In this document: positions 1 through 14,200 of the stretch, piece after piece
Position numbering within the stretch: position 1 is the stretch's first letter
How the letters are laid out: every line of letters starts with the position of its first letter
From: Lytechinus pictus
Taxonomy: Eukaryota
Direction: 5' to 3'
Length of the DNA stretch: 64,000 nt
NCBI RefSeq assembly: GCF_037042905.1
Contig: NC_087251.1
Location: 14,820,001 to 14,884,000, forward strand
Translations under genes and position numbers: made by a program
The notes under the pieces: generated by a model
Told to the model about the DNA's origin: nothing
Database searches by the model: none
Seen by the model: the letters and a program-made list of their open reading frames with translations, nothing else

Positions 1-1978
1 GGTGTGGTCCCATCGGAATTAGTAGCGTTCACATCTGCATTGTGCTCTATATAAACATGACATGAACAGCAAATCAATTCAAAGATTCAAATCACATAGT
101 ATCAATGGGGGATTTTAATGAATTTGGTAATTTGAATGAAAATCATCTGCGATCATCATCAACTAGCCATAATCTATCAAATCATTCAATGTCTTACAGA
201 AAAAATATGTGTACATGTTAATGAAACACTGATTTAGTTCAAATGATTTTCAGACAAGCTGTAGAGGCATTCAAACTCAGTTATGAAACCATTCTGTTGT
301 TAGGTATCCATCCAATAAACTAAATTTAATTTGTTTAACATTTCAATCAACAATCATTGTTATTAATATCATTTTATATATCAAAACAAATGAAATATCC
401 ATATTGAGAGATAATATCTGCATAAACATCAAACATGGAAAAAAAACTATTAAAATAAATTACATATTAATACAAACAAAAAATATTCCAATAGCCAATT
501 GATTTATTGAAGGGCAATTGGCAAGTGACCAGAAATCTTTGATAATAGCATTCTAATTTTCATCCTTCAATTGTATCAACCCAATGTTGCCAAGAATTAA
601 ATTCAAGATCTTTCAATTAACGAGAATCTCTTGGAAACCAATGCCTCGAAAATCAATCTAAATTCGGGATCTCTTATACACACATAAAAACAACAAATGA
701 TCTGAGATTTCATTTAATTTATACAGATTGGCATTATTTGAAATGAAATTAAATAACCATCACAGTTATGAAGATAGACTGCATTTCAAAGCACTTTGGA
801 GGCCCAGTTTATACAAAATCATATGAATGGAAATATAATAATAAAAAACAACCTTGAAAGATATGTATTGTGTCTTTGTGTATGTACTGTACATGTCTAG
901 TAGGATTAAGGTGAACTGTGTTCTAAATAAAACTTTTCATTTCAAGCCTTACCTAAGAGTATTTTGATGATTTCTAGTCCTGAGAAGCTAGCTGCCCAAT
1001 GTAGGGCTGTATTGCCCCCTGTTGCTTCATCTTTATTATTGATATCAAGACCACTATCTAGAAACTGCTTCACTTGCTCTGCCCTAAAAAAAAATAGCCC
1101 AAAATATCAAATGTTAGAAAATGAAGAAAGTGATGCTTTTCTTACTTTGATATTAAAGGTCAAGTTCACCCCAGAAAAAAGTTGATTTAAATAAATAGAG
1201 AAAAATCAAACATGAATAACGCTGAAAACTTCATCAAAATCGGATGTAAAATAAGAAAGTTATGGCATTTTTAAGTTTCGCTTAATTGTCACTAAACAGT
1301 GATATGCACAACTTCAGTGTCATGCAAATGAGTCAGTCGATGATGTCCATCACTCACTATTTCTTTTGTTTTTTATTGTTTGAATTCTACAATATTTCAT
1401 TTTTTACAGATTTGACAATAAGGACCAAGTTGACTAAATCATACAGTATTAAACAATGCTAATTCCACATGTTCAGGGAGGAATTAATCGTTGTTTCACT
1501 TGACAATGATGGGAAAATCAAAATATTTCATATAATAAAATACAAAAGAAATAGTGAGTGGGTGATGTCATCGGTTCCCTCATTTGCATACCGAACAGGA
1601 TCATATGTGCATATAACTGTTTTGAGAAATTAAGCGAAACTTTAAAATGTTGTAACTTTCTTATTTTACATCCGAGTTTTTCTTGTTTGATTTTTCTCTT
1701 TCTATTCAAATCAGCTTTTTGTTAGGGCGGACTTGTCCTTTAACTAGAAAGGCAGGCAGGCTAGAGAGATGCACTGTGACATCCGCATATATGCCATTTG
1801 CAGGGGCCTCAGGAATCCCTAAAAAATATAAAATCACTTTTAGATAGTTTACCAATTGTGAGTCACCACCAAGATTGTCTTCTTCTACATCATCATCACC
1901 ATCATCATCACCACCATCATCATCATCATCACCAGCATTATCATCATCATCATCACCTTCATCATCATCATCATCATT

Positions 1979-2010
<32 letters not shown>

Positions 2011-2014
2011 CACC

Positions 2015-2051
<37 letters not shown>

Positions 2052-2058
2052 CCATCAC

Positions 2059-2150
<92 letters not shown>

Positions 2151-2152
2151 CC

Positions 2153-2204
<52 letters not shown>

Positions 2205-5200
2205 CCATCATCATCATCACCATCATCATCATCACCTTCATCATCATCATCACCACCATCATCATCATCATCATCACCTTCATCATCATCATCATCATCA
2301 TCATCACCATCATCACCACCAGCACCACCTCCTCCTCCTTCCTCTTCCTCCTTCTTCCTCCTCCTCCTCCGCCTTCCTCCTCCTCCTTTTTCTTCTTCCT
2401 ATTCTTGTTCTTATTCTTCTTCTTCATCATCATCTTGTTCCTCCTCCCCCTTATCATCATCATCATCATTATAATCTTCATTAACATTTTTGTCACCATC
2501 ATCGTTATCACAATGCCTTCATGTATTCAATTCAATATCGTCAACACCATCAGTCCATAATCATTACCATCACTGTCATGTGTATTGTCTTTATCATTAT
2601 TTATCATTTTATCACCACCATCATCACTGTCATCATCATCATCTTCTCCTTCTTCTTCATTATCATCATCACTACTGTCATCATCATGTAATTTAAAAGC
2701 AAGCCAGGCTATGGTTTTAAACATTTTGGGACCTTATCCACTTCTCCTTCATTCAACTGTACAGTGAAATTATGAATGTGAATGTTTTACTTATCAAAAA
2801 AACTGTGCTGTAGGTCTACTTTCAAAATCATCAGCCTATAATAAGAGAATTATGGTCACATGAGGTATACTATTTAGTGTGTTTAACAAACCATGACAGA
2901 ATCAATACTTATGGCTGAACAGATCAACTTTCACATAGGGTTCACAAATGGAAAATAGACTTTGGCAAACATACATTTCAAAATAGTACTTTGTTTCTTT
3001 CCCAGCACTTTGTTCTGTTTAAGATGCCAAGTTAACAAAGACAATAAAATGCTGTTCAGTAAAAAGCATTGGACATGGCCTTGGGAACTGTGCTGAACAA
3101 TCAAAATCACTAGTTTATAGCAAAGATATGATATAAGGGAAAAAACAAGGCCTAGGCCCTACTATACCACGATCAATCATTTTTTTTCTGCTCAGAGGTC
3201 ATGTACATAATTATGAAGAGTTTTCAAACAAACAACTGTGCATGTGTGTATGAAATACATATTGGTCTGCCTTATTGCGGAACTTAACTGCTGTAAAACT
3301 CATGCATTAAAAATTATAGCATGTTCAGAAATGTTTGGCAGGAAATGCATATGTACCACAAATCATCAATCAAACTTTTAAAGGATTAGATAGCACAATT
3401 ACAGTGCATACAATGCCTATGGATTTTAAAGAAATTTTCACTGATTACGCTGACACTTGTTGAAAATTTCCATATAGATTTCATTCAACATTGAGCTGTA
3501 AATTAAGTGAACTTGGCTTTAAATCAACTACAAGTATATTTACTTGTGAAATTTAACAGAAGAAAAAAGGTGTTCTCACCCTCCAAAATAATAAGATTTT
3601 ATAAACAAGTGGAATGCCTCTGGCCGTCTCACCTGCATCACACGATTCAATATAGCAGCAGTGCTGATTTTGAAAACTACTATAACTCGCACAAGATGTT
3701 CAGTGATACTTGGTTACTCTTATTTCCACGTTTTATGAACTAGACCAATACACTTATAGAGATATGATGGCAATTCAACAAATACCCCCAACGTGGCCAA
3801 AGTTCTTTGACCTTACATGACCTTTGACCTTGATCATGTGACCTGAAACTTGCACAGGATGTTCAGTGATACTTGATTACTATTATGTCCAAGTTTCATG
3901 AATCAGATCCATAAACTTTCAAAGTTATGATGGTAATTCAACAGATACCCCCAATTCGGCCAAAGTTCATTGACCCTAAATGACCTTTGACCTTGGTCAT
4001 GTGATGTGAAACTCATGCAGGATATTCAGTGATACTTGATTAACCTTATGTATAAGTTTCATGAACTAGGTCCATATATTTTCTAAGTTATGATGACATT
4101 TCAAAAACTTAACCTTAGGTTAAGATTTTGATGTTGATTCCCCCAACATGGTCTAAGTTCATTGACCCTAAATGACCTTTGACCTTGGTCATGTGACATG
4201 AAACTCAGGCAGGATGTTCAGTAATACTTGATTAACCTTATGGCCAAGTTTCATGAACTAGGTCCATATACTTTCTAAGTTATGCTGTCATTTCAAAAAC
4301 TTAACCTCAGGTTAAGATTTGGTGTTGACGCCGCCGCCGCCGTCGGAAAAGCGGCGCCTATAGTCTCACTCTGCTATGCAGGTGAGACAAAAACCTTGTT
4401 ACCAAAATATACAGGAAGGTGTACATATAATAGAAGAGCCGTAGCAGAGCGGTCTTTAGTGCCAGACGAACCAAACCTGACCAAAGATCCTGTGCCCCTG
4501 AGCAAGGCATCTATAAAATTGCTCTTTTAATTCTTTAAAATTCTGATAGTGACATTAAAGGTCAGTCCCAGACGTAAATATTAATTACACATTTCCGAAA
4601 CAGACATGCAAAGAGTGATTGAAGAGTGCTAGCAGATAGATCCATAAAGTAAATATCAAATAGCCTTTATCCTCTCTGCATTCTATTGATTGAGTAAACA
4701 ATTCATCAACACCAGATGTTCGTTTTAATCGTATGTGGTGTAACTTGTCGTGATTCAAGAAATTAATGTAAAATGGGCACGAAGAACATTTCATGCATTA
4801 TCTTTTGTATGAAGTGAAAGTGTCAGTTTGTGTTTAAATAAAAAGACACAATCATCACCGACAATTCAAATTTATGTAAGTCAACAATGAAGTCCAATAA
4901 ATGTATTCACCAAAGTCATAGCAATTTTCAAGACTTTTTAGAACAGATATATGTAATCTACTATTTATATCTACCTCCTCTGAGTAGAACAGATTTGACT
5001 TCGACTTCGTTACACTGTATCTACTAGTCTATACTAGTTTAAGCCAATGGTGAATCAATATGCTCCTCATCATATTTTTATGAAATTCATATTTCATTTA
5101 AGAGAGAGACAGGGGGAGTTGGGGTGTTTTCATAAAGCTGATCATGAAGTTAGAGATCACTTTACATGTGAGGAGAATATTAAAAGCCTGGTAGGGTGCA

Positions 5201-8200
5201 CAATCACCTTTAAATTACATCAACATTAACAATTACATTTAAACTTTATAAAAGTAAATTTTCATAGTGCACGGTACATGTATATTACCTGCCATGGTTC
5301 GCATGATTTCAATTTAAATCCAGTCATTTTTAGATACAATGCTGGAGAAAAAATTTATACTTGGCTTGCATTCTGGCACTTTATTCTTGTCATTCAAGAA
5401 GTCGTGTATAACTTTAAGAAAAGCTTTGTGCAAAGACCCCTGATATCAGAACTTACTTGGATTGAGCAATGGACTGCAGAAGAACATCATGAAAGACCAT
5501 GCTGAGTTGTTTGGAAGCTTTAGCGATGTCGTAAGCTGTCTGTTCTTGACTGTCTTTAATAGTAGGATCAACACCAGACACCAACAAGGCTCTTACAACA
5601 TCAGCATTACCAAGCTGTAAACGATATCAAGAAGGGACATTTATAAGCAATGGATGGCAGCTAATCTGAGAGTTTGAATAAAGTAAATTGGAAAATGTTT
5701 TAAAGCAATGTTCTACGGTATTTATAACTGTCAGATTTCTACCATTATCGAATCACCATCTGATACAAAGTTCTCACAACATAAGCATTGTTGTCAGAAA
5801 AAGATATCGCTCAAGATGATTAGTAATGGGTGCCAGCTAACTCTGAACTTTGTATTAGTGCCACCTATATCAATACAGAGCAGGATGACACTTGATGAGA
5901 TCGGTGAGATGTTCTGGCTTCTATTTTGAACACCAAAAGACCAGCCCATTGACCAGACAAAAGTAAATTGATGACAGGATCCTATATTAGGCTTCCAGAT
6001 TGATAAATAACATTCCAGTGTAACTGGATATAGAACAGAATTACAAGTGAGCTCAGTAGTTGCTCACTCAACAAGGTTTCACCCAGAAATGCTCCAATGG
6101 CTTGAGTAAACAGCTTTCTGTACAAATAGTGAATTTTCAGTCGAGTAACAGACTGAAACTGGTAAATAAAATGAAGGAAAATGGAAAACAACAAAAGCCT
6201 GAGATTGCACAATAGTTGTTCCATATAAATTCTGAAAAATGTGAGTTCTTAGAATACAAATGGCCTCCATACATCCTGTGAAAAACATGAATTTTGACAA
6301 TATACTGTACAGATCTTTATAAGACCAATCTCAGTTCTGGCCTGGGACAGTGGTTTTATTTGTTGACCAACAGGTTTTCCTTTTGTCAGTGCCAACAATT
6401 ACATTCATGAAATGTACTCCAGGGGAGCATTTGCTGCATTTCATCAATATTTTCATCTAACAAAGTTGTCATATCTGACAACTTTTCTTGATCTTGATTG
6501 GCTGAAGAGCACTGTTTAATATAGTAACTGTCTGATAAAACGTCTGACAAGACCTTTCATGAAACACACCTCACATCAAGAGGTTCAGTACTTTCAATAA
6601 ACAAAGTTATTTACTGTACCCCTTCCTCCTCCCCTCTCTTACCCCCTCTCCTCTTTCTCCCTCTCTCCTGTGATACAATGGAAACCTACAAATTATTGTT
6701 TTCACAGTACTATATACAGTAAGTCTGAAATCGTGGAAATATCTGTAAGCAAACATACATGAATTAGCTTTTTACAGTGCATGCAATTTTACAAATTTAA
6801 AGGTAAAGAACACCCCAGAAAAATGTTGAATCTAATACAGAGAAAAATCAAATTAGTATAACGCTGAAAATTTCATCAAAATCGGATGTAAAATAAGAAA
6901 GTTATGACATTTTAAAGTTTCCCTTATTTTTCACATAACAGTGATATGCACAACTCAGTGGCATGCAAATGAGACAGTCGATGAGGTCCTTCACTCACCA
7001 TTTCTTTTGTTTTCGATTGTTTGAATTATAACATATTTCATTTTTACAGATTTGACAAAAAGGACCAACTTCACTGAACCATGTACATGTAGTATTAAAC
7101 AATACTAATTCCACATGTTCAGTGAGGAATTAATCGTTGTTTCACTTGACAATGAGTTGAAAATTAGAATATAGAATATTTCATATTTCATATAATAAAA
7201 TACAAACGAAAGAGTGGATGACGTCATTCTCCTCATTTGCATACCAACCAGGATGAAATTTTCAGTGTTATGCTTGTACGATTTTTCTTTTTTTATTCAA
7301 TTCAACTTTTTGTTGGGGTGGACTTGTCCTTCAATAAACTTGAAAAGCCATTCTCCATAAATCTCTATTTAATATAACAGTTCTTTAAAAATTAAATATG
7401 TGGTAATTATTCAGGAAAAATTAAGCTGCCATTTTGAAGAATGAAAGCTGATCAAATAGGGCTTTAAAATTAAAATAAATATTTGTGCTGAATGCGTACA
7501 ACATATACTTTAATACAAGAAGGCCAACTTACTCAATAATGACACTTCTTGACCAATCTGTCCTATCATTCGGTAGTACCAAACAGCTCTCCACTTTAAT
7601 AGCTTATGTATTCAAGTCTTTAAAAATGAAGGAACAGGATTCTTACACTTTCAGATAAAAACACACCCAGGATATTGATCAATCTTTTTGCTGTATCTCA
7701 ACATCAGACAAACATGTTTAATACCAGTACAAATGTTTGTACCAGTACAAATGAGTACTAAAATTCAACCAAAGCATAAAAATGGGGTAAACAAAAATGT
7801 ACTACCAGGATATATTCATGAACACATGTAGTATTCAATTTTGTTTCAAAGATTAAAATCAATGAGAGTTCTAAGACAGCACTGATAAACAGACCATTAG
7901 ATTTTGTATGATACCACTTGTACTGGTATGAATTCTAACTTTTTAAAAACATAGAAATAGCGATAAACATTTGAGACATGATGAAGTATTTTTCAAAGGG
8001 TAAATTGTACCAGTACATATTCGCAGTCATATCAAAAACATTGTATCACATTTTTTCTATAAAATATCCCAAATTAGACTAAAAAAGGTTAAACTCTTTT
8101 ATCAGATTGAGATTTTCAACCTAATTTTTTCATTGGCCCCTCAGTCATACTAATCTAAAAGAAATGAAGATAGTAGTAATAAAAACAAAATGGATACTGA

Positions 8201-11200
8201 ACAATGGCCATTGGCTCAATTAGCTCCTCATCATGAAGTAATTAATTAATTCTACCATTTTGGCTAAATATGTTATCAAGATACCAATAGTGAGCATTCC
8301 GGTAGTTCATTATCCCAATTTATTACCATCTGTGTCATTATTGCTTGATTCAATAAGAAATGACAAATCTAATTCATATCTATATATTAAAAAGATCATG
8401 TAAGGTAAACTTTGTAAATGCTAAAAGTTTTGATGAATTCGCTTCTATAAACCATAAATTTATAATTTTAAATTTGCTTTGTTCCCCTTTAAAGAGAAAA
8501 AAAATTACATAATAATTCATAGATTAATAAGGGACTTAAACTAAGCAATATGATCATGTAAACAATTTTTTTTGGAAAATGTTGCTTATTTCTGAGAGAG
8601 GATCAGGGTACATGCATTTGGAGGAGAGGGACCTACAGGAGTCAAAACAACTAGGCTATCAAATGAACTATTAAGCTTCTTTTTTTTAAATCGAGTGAAT
8701 TATATTCAGAGATAACCAACAGATGACGCATAATGAATTGCAGATAGAAATTACTCGGAATGCATTGCAATCATAGATCATTTTGGTGCACTTACATATA
8801 GATACCAAAATTTAGAAGAAAAAAAATGATGACCTGCTTTCCAATCCAATCATTTCTAACAATAATATATATTCACAGGATAATCCCTTTTCTTTCTTTT
8901 TTGTATAAGTTAAGTGATCATCATTTTTAAAATCCTTTACTAATCCTGCTATTTATTCAACAACATAAAAGTAAGTTATGAAAACTCACCGATCATTTAA
9001 GGTCCAATAAAATGAAAGTGTAAATTTGTCTCTGTCGAACACGAGTAAACACACTATTTCTCTCAATGATTATACAGAGCAGATCTGTAGTATGACTTAA
9101 TACATAGCTGGTCTAGAAGCAAATGAGGTTTGTTGTCTCATTGCCAGGAGAATTACTTTGCATTTGGGTTTAGAAGGGTATTGAGACTGTGAATTGAACA
9201 GGTTAAGCATACAATCCATGTACAGACTAAACCCCCTATTTAAACCTCCTTGTTTTCACATCAGCTTTTGTTTGGATAGCAATGAATAGAGATTTGTACA
9301 AATGAGAGAGTTTATTCCAATTTTTTCTATAGGGTTGGTTTTTAAAGAAACATGCAAAGGTTTCTTACAATAACTGTCTGAAGCAGTAACTTGTGTGATA
9401 TTTGTTTAATGGGTCAGAAGTTGTTCAACCTTTAAATTGGAATCTCTTGACTTTTAATAAGTGTCGCACCACCAAACGGACTCCAATCATTGCACAGCAA
9501 CTTGCTCACATTAGGCGGTTTCAAACCGCCTCGATCACAAGAATCCCCGTTAAATTACGAGAACATTTTTAGGCTAAAAAATACCCATTAATTATTCCTG
9601 CATTCACACCGCCCCGAAACATACCCCTCGGGATCAATTCCTGAAGTTAGGAGCATGCGCAGTATGGTCTAATAAGCAGACAAGGCGCGAGATTCAAAAC
9701 CACTAGCCCAGCAGCCACCCACGGCGCCCGCGCTCAACAACACACTGGGCTAAAAGTTCCTGTAAATTGCTTTCACATTGCCAAATACCTGCGACCTTGG
9801 AAAAATCCCCGCGAAAGTTCTCGTAATTTCGCCAAGTACCTACTATTTAGCGGGTATTTTCTTTCGGGGAAATTACGCGTAGTTTGCTTTCATATTACCA
9901 AAATACCTGGTATTTTCTGATCGGGGTAAATTTCCCGATCAGAGAATACCTGGAACTGACGAACTTCGAGGCGGTCTGAAACCACCTATTGAGTCTGATC
10001 CCTTGTCAACATGAGCTTCATTGTGGGGAGATTGAGGGATTAAAATACTTGTATTCCCTATTCATATTCCACCCTGTAAAGCAGTCACTTGTAACTTTTT
10101 TGAATAAGTTTTATGAAACAGCGCTTAAGATAATGTATGCGTTTTGGATGTCAAAATATGGATTTTGCAAATTATATTCAAATTACAAATCGCGCTCTAT
10201 AGCACTGCTACAGTGTACACCATGTGTGGGTGTGTTCAATCAGGAATAGTAGATCCATGGTTCAATGTTGGTTTCCAAATTTGAACAGGCTCAACTTGAA
10301 TCACGAGTGAAAACGCTATTACAAAGCGCAGATATGAGAAAAAAAGGGTGTGTTCAATGTCCTCCATTCCCGGTTGTGTAGTAAATGTCTTTCAAATCTC
10401 GATTCGGAGAAAATTTTAAATGTTGAAAAAGATACAATTGGAAATGTGATCAGCTCAGATTTTATGACCTTCAGCAGATGTCGCGAAAGCAACATTGAAC
10501 ACAATTGAGTTTTGAAACGTCATTAAATTTGCTCTTGCAGAGGAAGCCTACACAAGCATGTGCCAAAATTGACTATTCTTGTGATGGGTGAAACTGCACA
10601 ATAAAGCTGTGCTAACAAAAGCAGGATATTTAAAGGTCAAGTCCACCCCAGAAAAATGTTGATTTGAATAAATAGAGAAAAATCAAACTAGCATAACGCT
10701 GAAAATTTCATCAAAATCGGATGTAAAATAAGAAAGTTATGGCATTTTAAAGTTTCGCTTAATTGTCACTAAACAGTGATATGCACAACTCAGTGTCATG
10801 CAAATGAGTCAGTCGATGATGTCCATCACTCACTATTTCTTTTGTTTTTTTATTGTTTGAATTCTACAATATTTCATTTTTTACAGATTTGACAATAAGG
10901 ACCAAGTTGACTATTAAAATCATACAGTATTAAAGCTAAATTACAGTAGTTGTGCAGTAAAACACTAAATTCGTGAGAAAGTCTGTAAAACCAAGATTAA
11001 GTATGACTATATCATCGTGGATCTAGATCTGGTACAGTTACATAAACTGAACTTTGTGAAATCATAAAATCTAAGCTGAAATACGATCACACTGAAGATC
11101 GCCAACACAAGTAGGCACACGTGGGACAGTGTATTATTATTGCTGGAATAAAGACCAGACGGAAGTGACCGAATCCGCGCTTATTTTGCTTATTTCTCAG

Positions 11201-14200
11201 CAATTACACAATTTCTTCCAGAATCCTTTTGCACATATTTTTTATTCATACAAACAGACACTTGGGTGGCCATTATATTAGATTCTGTAAAAAGTCATTT
11301 TGAGATCGTTACCAGAACTGGAATTTACCTTTAAACAATGCTAATTCCACATGTTCAGGGAGGAATTAATCGTTGTTTCACTTGACAATGAGGAGAAAAT
11401 TAGAATATTTCATATTTCATGTAATAAAATACAAAAGAAATAGTGAGTGGATGACGTCATCAGTCTCCTCATTTGCATACCAACCAGGATGTGCATATAA
11501 CTGTTTTGTGAAATTAAGCGAAACTTTAAAATGTCTTAACTTTCCTATTTTACATCCGATTTTGATGAAATTTTCAGTGTTATGTTTTTTGGATTTTTCT
11601 CTTTTTATTCAAATAAACTTTCTGTTGGGGTGGACTTGTCCTTTAAACACAATGGACATATAAACAGCAATAAATTAACACTGAACAGTGCACTTCTGAT
11701 CGTGTTTGTGTTTTGAGTTTTGTAATATAATTTTCAATCATGATTCATGCTGCTGCTTAAATTTTAAAATCGAAATTGAACAAATGGTATCCTAAAAATA
11801 CTAGTAAATAAAATTTCTACTAGTAGGGGCAGCTGTTTGAAGGGGGGAAATACTATACTATGACCGGGCTCTCTCTTTTCACTATTCATTTTTGTCTCTT
11901 CTATTCTTTCTTTTCTTTTTTTTAATCATCCAAAATATCAGGAAAGGGGGTCTGTCATCGCCATCCCCAGGGGCAGTGCCCCTGTCTTCTAAAGTACATG
12001 TACTGTACTTTAACTTAATAGCATGAAGTGCACTCTTTATAGATATTCAACAAGAAAGCAACAACATTGGCATCATTCCCAATGCTTTTAATAGTTTGTT
12101 TTGCCTATCATGCCTGTGCCCCTATAGCATACTGAAGAAGGCCATATGAGGTCAAACGAGAATCGTTTCTGCTTTGAATAGTATGTAGTTTAAATCAATA
12201 AAAGAAATAATATCATCCTGTTTCTCAAACTCAACCGTATGATCTGGTCATGAGATTGATTTGTGGAGGAAACTTTCTTCATTTTATTAAGAAATAATCA
12301 ATCAATCTTAAAAAATAAGATTATGAAGCAGGTTTTCTCAATTTTCTTGCTTTTATTTATCAGCCTGTAACATTATATCCTTACATTACAAATGCTTGGG
12401 CACAGCCATTCTGTTTGTTTGAGTGGCTGTGAGCCCTGATTTTCACCTTTCCAAAAAACAGGAGATTCTCTTTTTGTCATTTATCAATTACCGTTCAGCA
12501 AAATAAAAGAGAAACAGACTAAAACAGTAAAAAGAAAGTTGGAAACAGATCAAATCATCAGAGTAATAAGCAATTCAAATGTACATACTAAATGTAAATC
12601 TCAAAATACAGGATACAAATACATACTTCAGTAATAGCTATTTTTCAAACTACATAACTTCTCATTTGGAGTAACTCATGAGCATACATGTATGGTATGC
12701 ATTATGTAGAGATGATCATGAATCATGGATTCTGAAAATATGCATATTTCAAATCTAAATTGGGTATTGAAACATAGAAGGTAATTGTAGCCAATTTACC
12801 TTGTTCGACTGAATATTATACTAGATGAATGTGAAGTGCCCATATTGTAGTGTACATATTGAATAAAATTGGATTTATGGTAACAAATGTTTTGCATGAA
12901 CCAATTACAAAATGCTGTATTAACTGTACATCAGTTTGGTGAGCGTTTTGAATTTTTCTTTAAAAATAAATTACCTTAGCAGCTAGATGTAGCATATTTC
13001 CATGGTCCGGGGTGACAGAATTCAATGCATCCAAAAGTTTGGTATCCATTGTTGTGCTTTGATTACCTATTTCAATAAATGAAAAGAAAATGAGATAAAA
13101 ACAGTATTAATTATCAATAAACGATCTAAAATATAGTTTATTTTATCAAAGTTACTCACAATTTTTACTGAATGATATTCATTTTTCATTTCATGATTTA
13201 TATATTTCCAGTTAAACAATCATACACATAATGCAGCTAAAAAGCTGAAATGTATGTATTTGCACATGTAGTAAACAATATACAAAATGAAATTCTATAT
13301 GCACTTCACAAGTTATCAAGGAGATTGATAAAATACGGTATTGCACTGTGTTTAAAATGGGAGGTCCTGCATTTGTATTGCATATATTTTTGTTTATTGC
13401 GTAAAATCATGCCAACAACGATATTGCGATGATATTGACAATATCAAAATCAAACCAAGATTATAGATATAGTAGAGTCTACATATAAGTCAACCTTTAA
13501 AGTCAAATCCTTTGCAAGACCAGAATTTGCAATATGTGTTTCTTACATTTTTTATAGTAAATTTTCACCCAGATTCACTTTGTCCAAGAGATTCAACTCA
13601 TATTTTTATTTACTGTTCTTCGATTTTCAAAATATTCAATAAGGACCTTTAACACTGACCATATATTCATGTACATACTTCTGTCAGAAAAATAAATCAA
13701 ATCCCATACAGAACAAATGAAAATGAAGCAAATAAGAAGTATTAAGAGACCATTATTCAATTATTCAAGGGATAGCAATATTCTCACAATCATCAACAAC
13801 AATAGCCTAATGATAAAGAAATAAATTAGAATACTGTATCTGACAGTGCTACATGTAAATCATATGTGTAATCTTGTACATACAAATAATAGGATGAATG
13901 TATCAGGCCTGTTTACTTGAAGCTAAAACTACACGTATCAATCTCTGCAGCATATAAATGTTCATGTACAGTCCAAAGAGCGACTAAGTTATCAATAGTT
14001 TCTCTACCACTCATGTGAAATATTTCTCATTTTGGGCAGCTTTGAGAGCTGAATTTCAAGTTATTGAAACACATCACTGATATCACTGACTGATATAAAG
14101 TGACAGAAGTCCTGTCAAATTTTCAAACAGTACTTAAATATTTCCATAATAGAAAACAAATATGAAATATATTGAAGGTGACACAACCAAATTATTATCA

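Noticed and set aside
1798..2767. Poly-His / poly-Ser / poly-Met ORFs
   Set aside because: They are translations of a (CAT)n microsatellite in an intron, open in several frames only because the repeat lacks stops.
3774..4320. Regularly spaced repeats as a possible CRISPR array
   Set aside because: The units are full tandem repeats without unique spacers, the context is eukaryotic, and there are no cas genes.
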